From sequence record NC_048668.1: 64,000 bases of DNA; one strand, written 5' to 3'. This document shows positions 63,938-64,000 of this stretch, piece by piece. Under the pieces are notes generated by a model. That model saw nothing but the letters and a program-made list of their open reading frames with translations. It was not told the origin of the DNA and did no database searches. Position numbers and translations under genes: made by a program. Position 1 is the stretch's first letter. Every line of letters starts with the position of its first letter.

Positions 63938-64000
63938 ATGTTTCACTAAAGCTAAATCTTTCATCCGTAATATCGTCTCTCGTGCTAAAGCTGAGAAAAT
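63938..64000 (+). CDS. Start of a gene running off the window; +1 frameshift at TTT 63941-63943
   Basis: GAGGA RBS and ATG TTT CAC TAA. Removing one T gives MFTKAKSFIRNIVSRAKAEK, resembling MFNKLKSH..NRIKA of the previous gene. Confidence 0.6.

Noticed and set aside
1-64000. Alternative genetic code, diversity-generating retroelement, introns/inteins or CRISPR array
   Set aside because: All three stop codons end well-conserved genes. No reverse transcriptase, template/variable repeat pair, homing endonuclease or regularly spaced direct repeats were seen, and thyA, folA, tdk and phoH are uninterrupted.

Overview
This 64 kb window looks like part of a phiKZ-like jumbo phage genome (Chimalliviridae-type; inference). 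The host is probably an enterobacterium, judged from the E. coli-like PhoH, an SspB homologue and the codon usage. About 105 densely packed genes lie almost all on the + strand; a minus-strand virion block spans 54.0-60.2 kb. Recognisable genes: dUTPase with a novel tandem C-terminal domain, thymidylate synthase, DHFR, thymidine kinase, PhoH, an SspB-like adaptor, a NADAR-like protein, an ART-like protein, a Mesh1/SpoT-type HD hydrolase, a BCS1-like AAA ATPase, a phiKZ-type internal head protein, five tailspike/tail-fibre-like genes and two paralogous beta-helix virion proteins. Regulatory structure read by eye: ten copies of a bipartite early-promoter-like motif (two identical over 32 bp), CTATGA late-promoter-like sites before virion genes, and about 30 hairpin terminators. 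About 15 genes are broken by one extra base in a short homopolymer, always in the same (+1) direction. This is most likely a sequencing or assembly error profile, and it hides or splits genes in the ORF track. I found no tRNA, rRNA, CRISPR array, integrase or transposase. All family assignments come from motif recognition, not database searches.
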